Assembly: GCA_003552585.1 (NCBI GenBank)
Contig: PUNK01000035.1
Coordinates: 93-64,092 of the forward strand
Source of the DNA: Thermoplasmata archaeon
Lineage (GTDB): Archaea > Thermoplasmatota > Thermoplasmata > Halarchaeoplasmatales > Halarchaeoplasmataceae
Direction: 5' to 3'
DNA length: 64,000 bases
Positions 55,560-64,000 of the stretch are shown piece by piece (position 1 is the stretch's first letter; the number at the start of each line of letters is the position of its first letter). The notes beneath the pieces were generated by a model, which was not told the DNA's origin, made no database searches, and worked only from the letters and a program-made list of their open reading frames with translations. The position numbers and the translations under genes were made by a program.

Positions 55560-56526
55560 CTACATCACCTCTGCGGTACTGCAGGTAACTGCTTGGAAGA
55601 CTGAACGTGTAGAACGAGCCAGTAGGATCCCTTATGCTGTCTATCGCCTCTTGAAGTTCGTCCTCTTCCATATTCTCTTCCCCTTCTATACCAACTACGG
55701 AAGCCAATGCGGAAAGCATCCTCGATCCCTGGTCTTTCATGCCTCTCACCGGACCGTTGCATCCGACACATGGATGAGCTGCTACCGATGGGCAAGGGGC
55801 TTCACACATCCCCGCCGTGGCAGGACCCATGCACAGGACACCTTGGTCAAGTATACACTTCTCTGGATCTATACTGACTTCCTGTATCGGTCTTATCTTC
55901 TCTATCCTCTTTTCCTCCCTATCCATCGCACACACGTCACAAACACTCTTCTGGGAGATCAGGTCGTACTTACCCACGTCTTCGTCACCCAAAAGGGCGG
56001 TGAACGCCTCTTCAAGCTGGACAGGTAAAGGGGGACATCCTGGAAGATAATGATCCACCTCTATCACCCTATCCAGGGGAACGACGTGATGTAGTAGAGA
56101 CGGTAATTCGAGTTCCCCTTCCTCCACCTTTGATTCATTTTGAGGTCTTACACCATCGTCTGTAGAGCGTGTCGAGTAACCGACCTCTATCAGTTCCTCC
56201 TTTGAAGAGAGGTTACCCAGGCCGAAGAGTCCCCCGATGCTCGAACATGAGCCGTAGGCAACGACCTTTTTAGCTTTCTCTCTGATGAGTTCGACCATCT
56301 CTTTGTTCTCTTCAGACCTTATCGAACCGTTTATGAAAGCTATGTCGATCTCCTCGTCCTCCATTGCTTCTAGGTCTTCATATTTAGGATCCATAGCACA
56401 GGGCCAGAAAACGATGTCAGCCTTTTCTATAACGTCAAGTATCATCTCGTCTATGTCGAGTACACTAACTTCACAACCACCACATGCGGCACACCAGTAA
56501 AACGCGATCTTTTTCTTCATCATCAT
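55552..56526 (-). CDS. mvhG: [NiFe] hydrogenase small subunit (MvhG-like)
   Basis: IAFYWCAACGGCEVS proximal cluster motif and further Cys clusters. Confidence 0.85.
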   Translation of the reverse strand: MMMKKKIAFYWCAACGGCEVSVLDIDEMILDVIEKADIVFWPCAMDPKYEDLEAMEDEEIDIAFINGSIRSEENKEMVELIREKAKKVVAYGSCSSIGGLFGLGNLSSKEELIEVGYSTRSTDDGVRPQNESKVEEGELELPSLLHHVVPLDRVIEVDHYLPGCPPLPVQLEEAFTALLGDEDVGKYDLISQKSVCDVCAMDREEKRIEKIRPIQEVSIDPEKCILDQGVLCMGPATAGMCEAPCPSVAAHPCVGCNGPVRGMKDQGSRMLSALASVVGIEGEENMEEDELQEAIDSIRDPTGSFYTFSLPSSYLQYRRGDVDG

Positions 56527-56948
56527 TCCTCCAGGGGCACATCGCTCAGGTCGAGAGGACCGAGCTGTTTCACTTCTTCAACCATTTCTTTCATAACTTT
56601 TGCGAACTTACCCCCCTCCGCTGATGATATCCATTCTAGACGCAATCTTTCCGGGTTTATCCCCATATCTTTTAGTATCTTGGACATCATCTCTATCTTC
56701 CTTTTGGTCTTATAGTTCCCGTTTATATAATGGCAGTCTCCCGGGTGACATCCTGCCACTAGTACCCCATCAGCTCCCTCCTGAAACGATTCGAGGACGT
56801 GCTCAGGTGAAACACGGGAGGAGCACATCAGGCGGATACTCAATATGTTGGGCGGGTACTGTTCCCTGTTAACGCCGGCCAGGTCGCCTCCTGCGTAACT
56901 GCACCAATTACAGAGAAAAGCTATGATCCTTGGTTCATGCTCATCCAT
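56523..56948 (-). CDS. mvhD: methyl-viologen-reducing hydrogenase delta subunit (MvhD)
   Basis: PRIIAFLCNWCSYAGGDLAG typical MvhD [2Fe-2S] region. Confidence 0.85.
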   Translation of the reverse strand: MDEHEPRIIAFLCNWCSYAGGDLAGVNREQYPPNILSIRLMCSSRVSPEHVLESFQEGADGVLVAGCHPGDCHYINGNYKTKRKIEMMSKILKDMGINPERLRLEWISSAEGGKFAKVMKEMVEEVKQLGPLDLSDVPLEE

Positions 56949-56949
56949 A

Positions 56950-59900
56950 TCACATCACCTCTTCTTCCATCAAGGCCGCCTGTATCATGGCGTTGATCGT
57001 CTCGTTATCGTATCCCTTTTGGTCTATAGCGCCTATGGGACAAACACTGGCACATGCTCCGCATCCTTTACACAACACGTCCGTTATCTTTGCTATCTCA
57101 TCTTCAGGATCGTGTTCTATCGCACCATAAGGGCACACGGATATGCACATCTTACATCCGCTGCATAGATCATCGTCCACTACTGAGATTATACCTTCGC
57201 TCTTGGAGTAGCCTTTCATCATGGGTACGAGTGCTTTGGAAGCTGCACCTTCAGCCTGGGCTAACGTATCAGCGACGTTCTTCGGATAATGGGCGCCCCC
57301 TGCTAGATAAACGCCTTCTGATGGGAATTCAAGCGGTCTAAGCTTAGCGTGGGCTTCCATGTAGAAGCTTGCAGGATCAGAGGCCACCTTCAACATCTTC
57401 TTAAGATCGTTGACGCTCGAGTCGCCCTCTAGCTGCATCGCCAGTACAAGGTAATCCGCATCGATCTCGAGGTCCTCGTCCAACAAGTTGTCGTGAACTT
57501 TGACACCGATCCTTTCACCCACTTCTATCTCTGGTTCGTTCTCGGTGGAATACCTGAGGAATATGACACCTTCATCCCCCTCGACTTCCATATAATATTC
57601 TTCTTCTTTCTTACCGAACACTCTCATATCCTTGTAGAGTATGTATACGTTCGCGTCAGGGTAGCGTCTTTTTATCTCTTTGGCATTCTTCAGGGAGTTA
57701 CCACAGCCAACCCTGCAGCACCACGGACGCTCTTCCTCTAGAGCTCCGACACAGTTGATGAAGACGATGTCTTTCGGTTCCTCCAGCTCATCCTTCTTTA
57801 GAGATCGGTCGAGCTCGAGCTGGGTCATGATCCGGTCATCTTCACCGTAAGAATAGAAATCCTTCGGATCTATCTCTTGGAATCCGGTTGCGAGTACAAT
57901 CGTGTCGACCTCGATCTCTTCTTCGTTAACGGTAACTTCGTAGTTGCCTATGTACCCGTCTATACCTTCGATCTTTGCAGAGGTGATAACCCTGATGTCT
58001 TCTTCATCGATTTGATGTATCAGTTCTTTAGCGAATTTCTCTGCATCTATCTCGGATGGGAAAAGGGTGTCTAATTCGTTCAGCTTGCCTCCCAATCTAT
58101 CCTCCTTTTCCACAAGGGTGACCTCCTGTCCGGTTTGAGAAAGGCTCAAAGCCGTGCGCATACCTGCCGGCCCCCCACCGATAACAAGGGTCCTGTTGCC
58201 AACATCGATCTCGCTTTCGGTCAGAGCATAAAGCCTTCTTGCCTTAGCCACGGCCATCTTTGTTAGGATTTCCGCCTTCTTGGTTGCTTTCTCGTTGTCA
58301 TCACTGTGTACCCAACTGCACATGTTACGGATGTTAGCCATCTCGAAAAGGTACTTGTTCAATCCTGCTTCCTCGAGGGTCTGCTGGAACACCTGCTCGT
58401 GAGTTCGGGGTGAACAGGCGGAAACGACTATCCTGTTCAGATCATGTTCATCTATGGCCTCTTTGATCAATTTCTGGGCATCCTCAGAACATGCGAATAC
58501 GGAATCGTTTACGTATACGACTCCCGGCAGGTCTTTAACAGATTCTGAAACGCTGTTGACATCTAGATAATTGGCGATGTTTTTACCGCAGTGACACACG
58601 AAAACACCTATCCTGGGTTCCTGATCAGACACATCTTTTTCAGGTGTCTTTTCAGTTTTCTTTTTCCACCTTTCTCTTCCTTTGAGCGGTTCAAGAGCTC
58701 TCCCTGCAGCTCCACTCCCTTGGGCAACACTGTCCGGTATGTCCTTTGGCGACTGGGCACAGCCTGCTAGGTATATGCCCTCTCTTGAAGAATCCATAGC
58801 ATCGGTGAGATCCTCTTTGGATTGGAAGAATCCGTTCTCATCCAATTCTATATCCAATATCTTTGACAGCTCTTCGTTTCCCGAGGAAGGCATGATGGCT
58901 GACGAAAGGACGACCATGTCGACGTGGTCCGTTTTAACCTCTCCTTTCTCGGTATCCTCAAATTCTATGGCTAAACTACCATCCGGTTCTTCGTAAATAC
59001 GAGAGGGCCTTCCACGTATGTAATTCACTCCCTTCTTTTTTGCCTTGTCGTAGTACTGCTGGAAGTCCTTACCATAGGTCCTCATGTCCATGTAATATAT
59101 GGAGGTATCAACATCGGACATCTCGCTTTTAGTGATGGATGCCTGCTTCGTTGCATACATACAGCAGACCCTAGAACAGTAAGGCATACCCTTTTGTTTG
59201 CAGCGTGAACCGACACATTGGATCCATGCTATCGACTCAGGTTCTTTGCCATCTGAGCGCTTCAACGGTTTTCCACCGGTTGGGCCCGAAGCCGACATCA
59301 ATCTTTCGAACTCCAAGGCCGTGTAAACGTTGTCATATCTGGTGTATCCATACTCGTCTCTCCATTCCTGTGGCTGCATCATCTCGTAACCAGTGGCCAC
59401 TATGATACTGCCCACCTCTATCTCTATCTCTCGTGATTTTTCAAGGAAATCTATGGCATCTGCATCACAAATGCGCTCGCAAGCACAACAGCCCACGCAG
59501 TGGTCATAGTCAATCGTATATGTTAGAGGGACAGACTGTGGATATTCCACATATATCGCTTTTCTATAGCTCATCTCCTGTTCGAATTCACTAGGAACCT
59601 GAACGGGACAGGCATCTGCACAATCTCCACATCCTGTGCAGATATCAGGATCCACGTATTTCGTTTTTTTCCAGATCTTAACATTGAATCTTCCGGCACT
59701 TCCAAGCACTTCTTTGACCTCTGAGTAAGTAAGGATGTCGATATTCTCGTTTCTGCTCGCTTCTACCATCTTTGGCGAAGATATACAGATAGAACAGTCA
59801 TTTGTGGGAAAGGTCTTATCCAGTTTGACCATATTTCCCCCGATACTAGGGGATTTATCCACGATTACAACCTCGTAACCCTTTTCAGCCAGATCAAGAG

Positions 59901-59952
59901 CGGATTGAACACCGGTGATTCCGCCTCCGATTATTAGGACGTCTTTTTTCAT
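56950..59952 (-). CDS. hdrA: large HdrA-like flavoprotein (1000 aa) with two dinucleotide-binding modules, internal MvhD-like segment and C-terminal 2x[4Fe-4S] ferredoxin
   Basis: VLIIGGGITGVQSALDLA at aa 5 and TLVIGGGPAGMRTALSL at aa ~600. RIGVFVCHCGKNIANYLD (MvhD/HdrA-insert-like) at aa ~450. CSGCKMCISVCP and CKGCGACASVCP at the C-terminus. Confidence 0.8.
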   Translation of the reverse strand: MKKDVLIIGGGITGVQSALDLAEKGYEVVIVDKSPSIGGNMVKLDKTFPTNDCSICISSPKMVEASRNENIDILTYSEVKEVLGSAGRFNVKIWKKTKYVDPDICTGCGDCADACPVQVPSEFEQEMSYRKAIYVEYPQSVPLTYTIDYDHCVGCCACERICDADAIDFLEKSREIEIEVGSIIVATGYEMMQPQEWRDEYGYTRYDNVYTALEFERLMSASGPTGGKPLKRSDGKEPESIAWIQCVGSRCKQKGMPYCSRVCCMYATKQASITKSEMSDVDTSIYYMDMRTYGKDFQQYYDKAKKKGVNYIRGRPSRIYEEPDGSLAIEFEDTEKGEVKTDHVDMVVLSSAIMPSSGNEELSKILDIELDENGFFQSKEDLTDAMDSSREGIYLAGCAQSPKDIPDSVAQGSGAAGRALEPLKGRERWKKKTEKTPEKDVSDQEPRIGVFVCHCGKNIANYLDVNSVSESVKDLPGVVYVNDSVFACSEDAQKLIKEAIDEHDLNRIVVSACSPRTHEQVFQQTLEEAGLNKYLFEMANIRNMCSWVHSDDNEKATKKAEILTKMAVAKARRLYALTESEIDVGNRTLVIGGGPAGMRTALSLSQTGQEVTLVEKEDRLGGKLNELDTLFPSEIDAEKFAKELIHQIDEEDIRVITSAKIEGIDGYIGNYEVTVNEEEIEVDTIVLATGFQEIDPKDFYSYGEDDRIMTQLELDRSLKKDELEEPKDIVFINCVGALEEERPWCCRVGCGNSLKNAKEIKRRYPDANVYILYKDMRVFGKKEEEYYMEVEGDEGVIFLRYSTENEPEIEVGERIGVKVHDNLLDEDLEIDADYLVLAMQLEGDSSVNDLKKMLKVASDPASFYMEAHAKLRPLEFPSEGVYLAGGAHYPKNVADTLAQAEGAASKALVPMMKGYSKSEGIISVVDDDLCSGCKMCISVCPYGAIEHDPEDEIAKITDVLCKGCGACASVCPIGAIDQKGYDNETINAMIQAALMEEEVM

Positions 59953-59974
59953 GGTAACCTACCACGGGAATTAG

Positions 59975-60180
59975 GTAATCTGTTTGGCGGGAATGTCAAG
60001 GGGTTAATAATACCTTTGGTAATATTTTGAAAATGCATGCCAACCAGATTGATGAATCATAGTGGTACGAGGTGGTATTTAAATGTTTTCTATTACCTTG
60101 TAAAATTATACATAATAGGTTGTTTAGTATCCATCATTTTTTAAAAAGTTATAAATATATGAGTGAGGATATCATGCATA
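59975..60180. promoter_or_regulatory. divergent AT-rich intergenic region holding the promoters of the hdrA operon (minus) and the USP gene (plus)
   Basis: TATA-like TTATAAATATAT ~35 nt upstream of the USP ATG. On the other strand, ATTATTAA ~55 nt upstream of the hdrA ATG. Confidence 0.35.
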
Positions 60181-60206
60181 CTGAATAATAAAGTTGGCTG
60201 TTTAGT

Positions 60207-61013
60207 ATGTTTGATGGAATATTGATCGCTACGGATGATTCTCCTTCAATGAAAAGTGCGCTAGAGTACACCGCTAACATATTTCCTTCCTCAAATTACC
60301 ATCTGATAAATGTTATCAACACGAGCGATAGGAGCATACCTCAAACACCTCTGATGAGGAGTAAACTTGAAGAGATATCGAGAGAGACCATCGATCACGG
60401 CAAAAATATACTGTACTCTATGGGTATCTCGAAGGTAAACACAGCCATACCTGAAGGGGTCCCATCTAAGGAGATAATGAGATATGTTGAGGAACACGAT
60501 ATCGATCTTTTGGTTCTGGCCACTCATTCTAAAGTAGGCTCTCAGGAGATACACATAGGGGATACGGCTCTACATTCCCTTCAATTGACTCACATACCTT
60601 CGCTCATATTTTCCTGCCAATGCAAATCTAAGGTACCTAAATCGATATTCAATCCAACCACATTCAGCACATACTCCGTGGAAGCAACCTTTCTGGCGCT
60701 GGAGTTGGCTTCTTTCTTCGGTGCTGATCTTACCACGTATCACATAGGGAAAGCGGACCCTGGTGAGGAACTGGATGAGGTCAGGAGGATGGCAAAGGAT
60801 AAGAGCGTGGATTTCCGTGTAGTGGTGGATAGAGATGCAACCGATGAAAAGTTGGTGAAGGAGTCAAACAAGTACGACTTCATCGTTGGGAGCAGGGGAA
60901 GGGGAGGTTTACTGTACAAGTTCAGACATCTTATCCCTCAACTAGCGTTGAGTGACCTGGAAAAGGAATTGATAACCGGGAGCCCGATTCCGTTTCTGAT
61001 GGTTGGAGATTGA
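60207..61013 (+). CDS. tandem universal stress protein (UspA) domains
   Basis: GILIATDDSPSMKSALEYT N-terminal USP motif and a second USP-like half; 268 aa. Confidence 0.65.
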   Translation: MFDGILIATDDSPSMKSALEYTANIFPSSNYHLINVINTSDRSIPQTPLMRSKLEEISRETIDHGKNILYSMGISKVNTAIPEGVPSKEIMRYVEEHDIDLLVLATHSKVGSQEIHIGDTALHSLQLTHIPSLIFSCQCKSKVPKSIFNPTTFSTYSVEATFLALELASFFGADLTTYHIGKADPGEELDEVRRMAKDKSVDFRVVVDRDATDEKLVKESNKYDFIVGSRGRGGLLYKFRHLIPQLALSDLEKELITGSPIPFLMVGD

Positions 61014-61122
61014 AGGGACGTGTTATTTTTTCTTGTAGGTAAGGTGGTGTAAAACGTGCATAAATAATTTAAATACCTAATCTTTTTACAACCACTACAA
61101 ATTTCTAAATTAGAGGATAAGG

Positions 61123-62133
61123 ATGTCATTGGAAAAAGCAGCGAAAACAGCAGTGAAAACGTGCATGGGTGTTAAGGACGGTGAGTATGTAGTGATAGTT
61201 TCGGACCGTTCTACCCTAAATATTGGAAAAGAACTTAGAAAAGCAGCTTTGGAATCTACTAATGGAGTTCGATTTTTCAATCTAGATATATATGGAGAAA
61301 GACCATTAGATTATTTCCCAGATACTATCAAAAAAGCAGCAACAGAAGCTGATGTTACTTTCTGGACCGCACATTCTTACGAAGGTGAATTGGAAACGAC
61401 TAGAAGACCCTTCATAGAAGCGGCGATGGTCGGAGGGAGGCATGCCCATATGGTGGGTATAACTGAACAGGTGATGAATGATGCGGTAGCTGTTGATTAT
61501 GATATCTTGGATGAATTTACCCATAAACTCGCTGCTAAATTAAAAGAAACTGGTGAAGTTAGAGTGACTAATCCCCAGGGAACCGATTTAAAGGCTAGAT
61601 TCAATGATAGATGGAAGTGGGTTCCATCTACGGGCATTTGTAAGTTACCAGGACATTGGCACAATCTTCCGGGTAGTGAAGTTTATACCGCCCCTTGGAG
61701 GATGGAAGGCACCATAGTGGTTGACGGTGTTTTAGGAGACTATTTCAGTAATATGTTTTCACATGCAGATTTTCAGGAAACACCTTTGACGGTTGAGGTA
61801 GAAAATAAAGAAAGACCACGCTGTGTAGATTTGAAATGTGAAAACGAGGATATTTTAGAGGAGGTAAAGAAATATCTTTCTCTGAACGAATGTTCCTCTT
61901 TAGTTGGTGAAATGGGTTTAGGGACGAATATTTTCTTGGACGAAATCACCGAAAATACGTTACAGGACGAGAAATTCCCAGGAGTCCACATTGCTTTTGG
62001 CGATCCTATGGGAAGTGAAACCGGGGCCGATTGGTCCTGTCCGGAGCATTTGGATATGATACTAACGAAATGTAACGTATGGTTGGATGACGAAAAGATA
62101 ATGGAAGAGGGAGATTACCTCATCGATTATTGA
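61123..62133 (+). CDS. M29-family (AmpS/PepS-like) aminopeptidase
   Basis: N-terminus LEKAAKTAVKTCMGVKDGEYVVIV and C-terminal HIAFGDPMGSE...HLDMIL resemble thermophilic aminopeptidase T. Confidence 0.55.
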   Translation: MSLEKAAKTAVKTCMGVKDGEYVVIVSDRSTLNIGKELRKAALESTNGVRFFNLDIYGERPLDYFPDTIKKAATEADVTFWTAHSYEGELETTRRPFIEAAMVGGRHAHMVGITEQVMNDAVAVDYDILDEFTHKLAAKLKETGEVRVTNPQGTDLKARFNDRWKWVPSTGICKLPGHWHNLPGSEVYTAPWRMEGTIVVDGVLGDYFSNMFSHADFQETPLTVEVENKERPRCVDLKCENEDILEEVKKYLSLNECSSLVGEMGLGTNIFLDEITENTLQDEKFPGVHIAFGDPMGSETGADWSCPEHLDMILTKCNVWLDDEKIMEEGDYLIDY

Positions 62134-62520
62134 AGAGAGTTGGGAGAAGCTGGCTTATCGCACTCTCGATGGAGACCTTGGTGCTCTAGCACGTAAAGAT
62201 GATGAATTACGGCCCAGGATTCTGTTATCATCAAATCATCGTGTTTGCATTTGAGTACGATCGTACAAATTGTTCCTCATTCATAAGCTCGATTTTAACG
62301 AACAATCCCATCCGAACTAATAATCAAACTTTCCCTTTCTAAATCATCGACCGCAAATCATAACCAACATCTTTCAGATGAAGATCCTCCCGAGGTTCTC
62401 TCCTATCATCGTGGTTCTCTAGGAATCCACCTTTGACTCAAAATATATGGACATATGTATCGATGTTTGTTTGAAATGTTATGGAAACCATTATTTAGGG
62501 TATTTTAGTTATGATGTTCG

Positions 62521-62925
62521 ATGGAAAGTAAAGTTTTGATATACGGCCTTGCAGTGTGGTTTGTATTTTACGCGATAGCAATCGGTTTGAACCAAATCTT
62601 CGGGCACTTCCGCGATTGGGGTGCAGACGGAAGAACCACTTACTTGGTGTACATCTTATTTTTATTGGTGACTTTATTCGTCTTGACTTACCTTTTGATA
62701 AAAAAATCTAATATCTCTTTCTTACAGGAGGAGCTTATCGTCATCGGCGTCATGTGGTTTATCTTGACATTGGTCGTAAGTTTTCTATTCGGAGTGCCCT
62801 GGGGTGGAAGATACTGGCACAGATTTGTTTCTTTGCCACAGATATCACTAGGCGACGGTGCACTTATCCTACTACTAGCTCAATTGCTGGCACCTATAAC
62901 CACTAAATTCGTTGTTGATATTTAG
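62521..62925 (+). CDS. small 4-TM membrane protein, unknown
   Basis: 134 aa, hydrophobic. Confidence 0.4.
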   Translation: MESKVLIYGLAVWFVFYAIAIGLNQIFGHFRDWGADGRTTYLVYILFLLVTLFVLTYLLIKKSNISFLQEELIVIGVMWFILTLVVSFLFGVPWGGRYWHRFVSLPQISLGDGALILLLAQLLAPITTKFVVDI

Positions 62926-63065
62926 TATTTTTATAATGATCGAAGAGAAATGTTTTCCCTGCAGCAGCATAACCTAAAAGGGATCGTTCCGTCAGAGGAG
63001 ATCTTTTTTTCAAAAAAAGTTATTATATCAATCACATCTTAGGTTTAACGACCACTAGAAAGGTA

Positions 63066-63647
63066 ATGAATATGGACAAAGAAACCATAGTGATCGTTTC
63101 CGGCCTCCCTAGGAGCGGAACTTCTATGATGATGGAGATGCTTGAGAAGGGCGGATTGGAAGTTCTTACAGATAAAAAACGACAGCCGGACGAGGACAAT
63201 CCCAAAGGATATTACGAATTTGAGAGGGTTAAAAAGCTTCCTGATGATACGGGATGGCTTGAAAACGCCAAAGGGAAGGCTGTAAAGGTATTGGGAGAGC
63301 TTATCAAATATCTTCCAGATGATCATCGGTATAAGGTCGTCTTCATGGAGCGTGAACTCGACGAGGTCATCGAGTCGCAGGAAAAGATGCTCAAGCGAAA
63401 GGGGAAGGATGGAGATGATCTATCTAAAGAAGAGCTAAAACAGATACTCAAAGATTATAGGGTCATATTGAAAAGAAATATCAGATCACATCCTAACATG
63501 GATGTAATCTACCTTAGCTATAACGATATAATGAGTTATCCCGAAACAGTGCTGGAAAGCGTATCCGCTTTTTTGGGTGGCTCACTAGATGTGAAAAAGA
63601 TGCTCGCCGTAGTGGATGAGGAACTGTACCGGAATAGGGCACAGTGA
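63066..63647 (+). CDS. sulfotransferase-family protein
   Basis: 5'-PSB P-loop VIVSGLPRSGTSMMMEML and 3'-PB-like region. Confidence 0.65.
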   Translation: MNMDKETIVIVSGLPRSGTSMMMEMLEKGGLEVLTDKKRQPDEDNPKGYYEFERVKKLPDDTGWLENAKGKAVKVLGELIKYLPDDHRYKVVFMERELDEVIESQEKMLKRKGKDGDDLSKEELKQILKDYRVILKRNIRSHPNMDVIYLSYNDIMSYPETVLESVSAFLGGSLDVKKMLAVVDEELYRNRAQ

Positions 63648-64000
63648 ATGATCTGCTTAAGCTACTATGATGTTCATCTTACTGTCGAGAGCGTCGCCGT
63701 ATATCAGCACATCTCCATTTCTGATTGGTCATGCGGGAATGCTGTAAAAATTCATCACAAACCCTGCTATCAGAACTATCTTATTTTTACGAGACGGAAC
63801 CACTATCTAAGCTATGTACGATTTGCCAGTAATTCCAAGCGAAATGATCACAAAATAACCGATGACACTTTATGCCGAAAACTAATTAAGAGAGCTTAAC
63901 TGTGTGTTAACTTAAGGTGAGAATATGAGCTATATCGGTGGAAGTACGGTAAGAAAGATTTTAGCAATCAACTTGACGTTGATGTTGGTTTTGACATTTG

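Noticed and set aside
62203-62260. Possible box C/D sRNA (GATGATGA at 62203)
   Set aside because: No downstream CTGA D-box within 40-70 nt.
63648-63899. 83-aa ORF after the sulfotransferase
   Set aside because: No motifs, atypical composition, begins immediately at the previous stop; likely non-coding.

Overview
Low-GC (~40%) archaeal chromosomal segment, archaeal on the evidence of archaeal/eukaryotic-type TrpRS, AglB/STT3, fibrillarin, IPK/IDI-2/GGPPS, MvhADG/HdrA and a tRNA intron. Left to right: 3' end of the 23S rRNA with no 5S after it; membrane hydrolase; trpS. Then an N-glycosylation island with a 2232-aa AglB/STT3 oligosaccharyltransferase carrying a huge C-terminal extension, wecB, a GT4 transferase, a Wzx-like flippase and DUF354. 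This island is interrupted by a Na+-translocating oxaloacetate decarboxylase operon (oadA-G-B) plus a cupin and the biotin ligase birA. Next come a PIN-ATPase-KH (PINA-like) protein, a GDT1/UPF0016 transporter and a Nudix hydrolase. A pair of in-frame genes follows, encoding a double-zinc-ribbon protein plus about 1740 aa of almost pure E/K coiled coil. Then an isoprenoid operon (IPK, IDI-2, GGPPS), an epimerase, fibrillarin without a nearby nop5, and an aminotransferase. A tRNA-Glu(UUC) carries a 21-nt intron and has a 19-bp direct repeat of its 3' end 88 bp downstream, which looks like an att-like scar. After it lie a DEDD/HhH exonuclease and C-terminally TM-anchored surface proteins (beta-helix protein, M14 carboxypeptidase, internally duplicated protein). 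Also here are a divergent FtsZ-like GTPase with a small membrane partner and a minimal type-IV-pilus-like ATPase/platform pair. The most striking feature is a 12-gene, tightly overlapping minus-strand operon: 1000-aa duplicated HdrA, mvhD, mvhG, mvhA, HdrC-like, HdrB-like, FrdB-like, FrdA-like, korD, korA, korB, korG. It suggests an H2:fumarate (thiol:fumarate-reductase-like) flavin-based electron-bifurcating module wired to a 2-oxoacid:ferredoxin oxidoreductase. The right end carries a tandem USP, an M29-like aminopeptidase and a sulfotransferase. All calls rest on motif recognition by eye; no database searches were possible.
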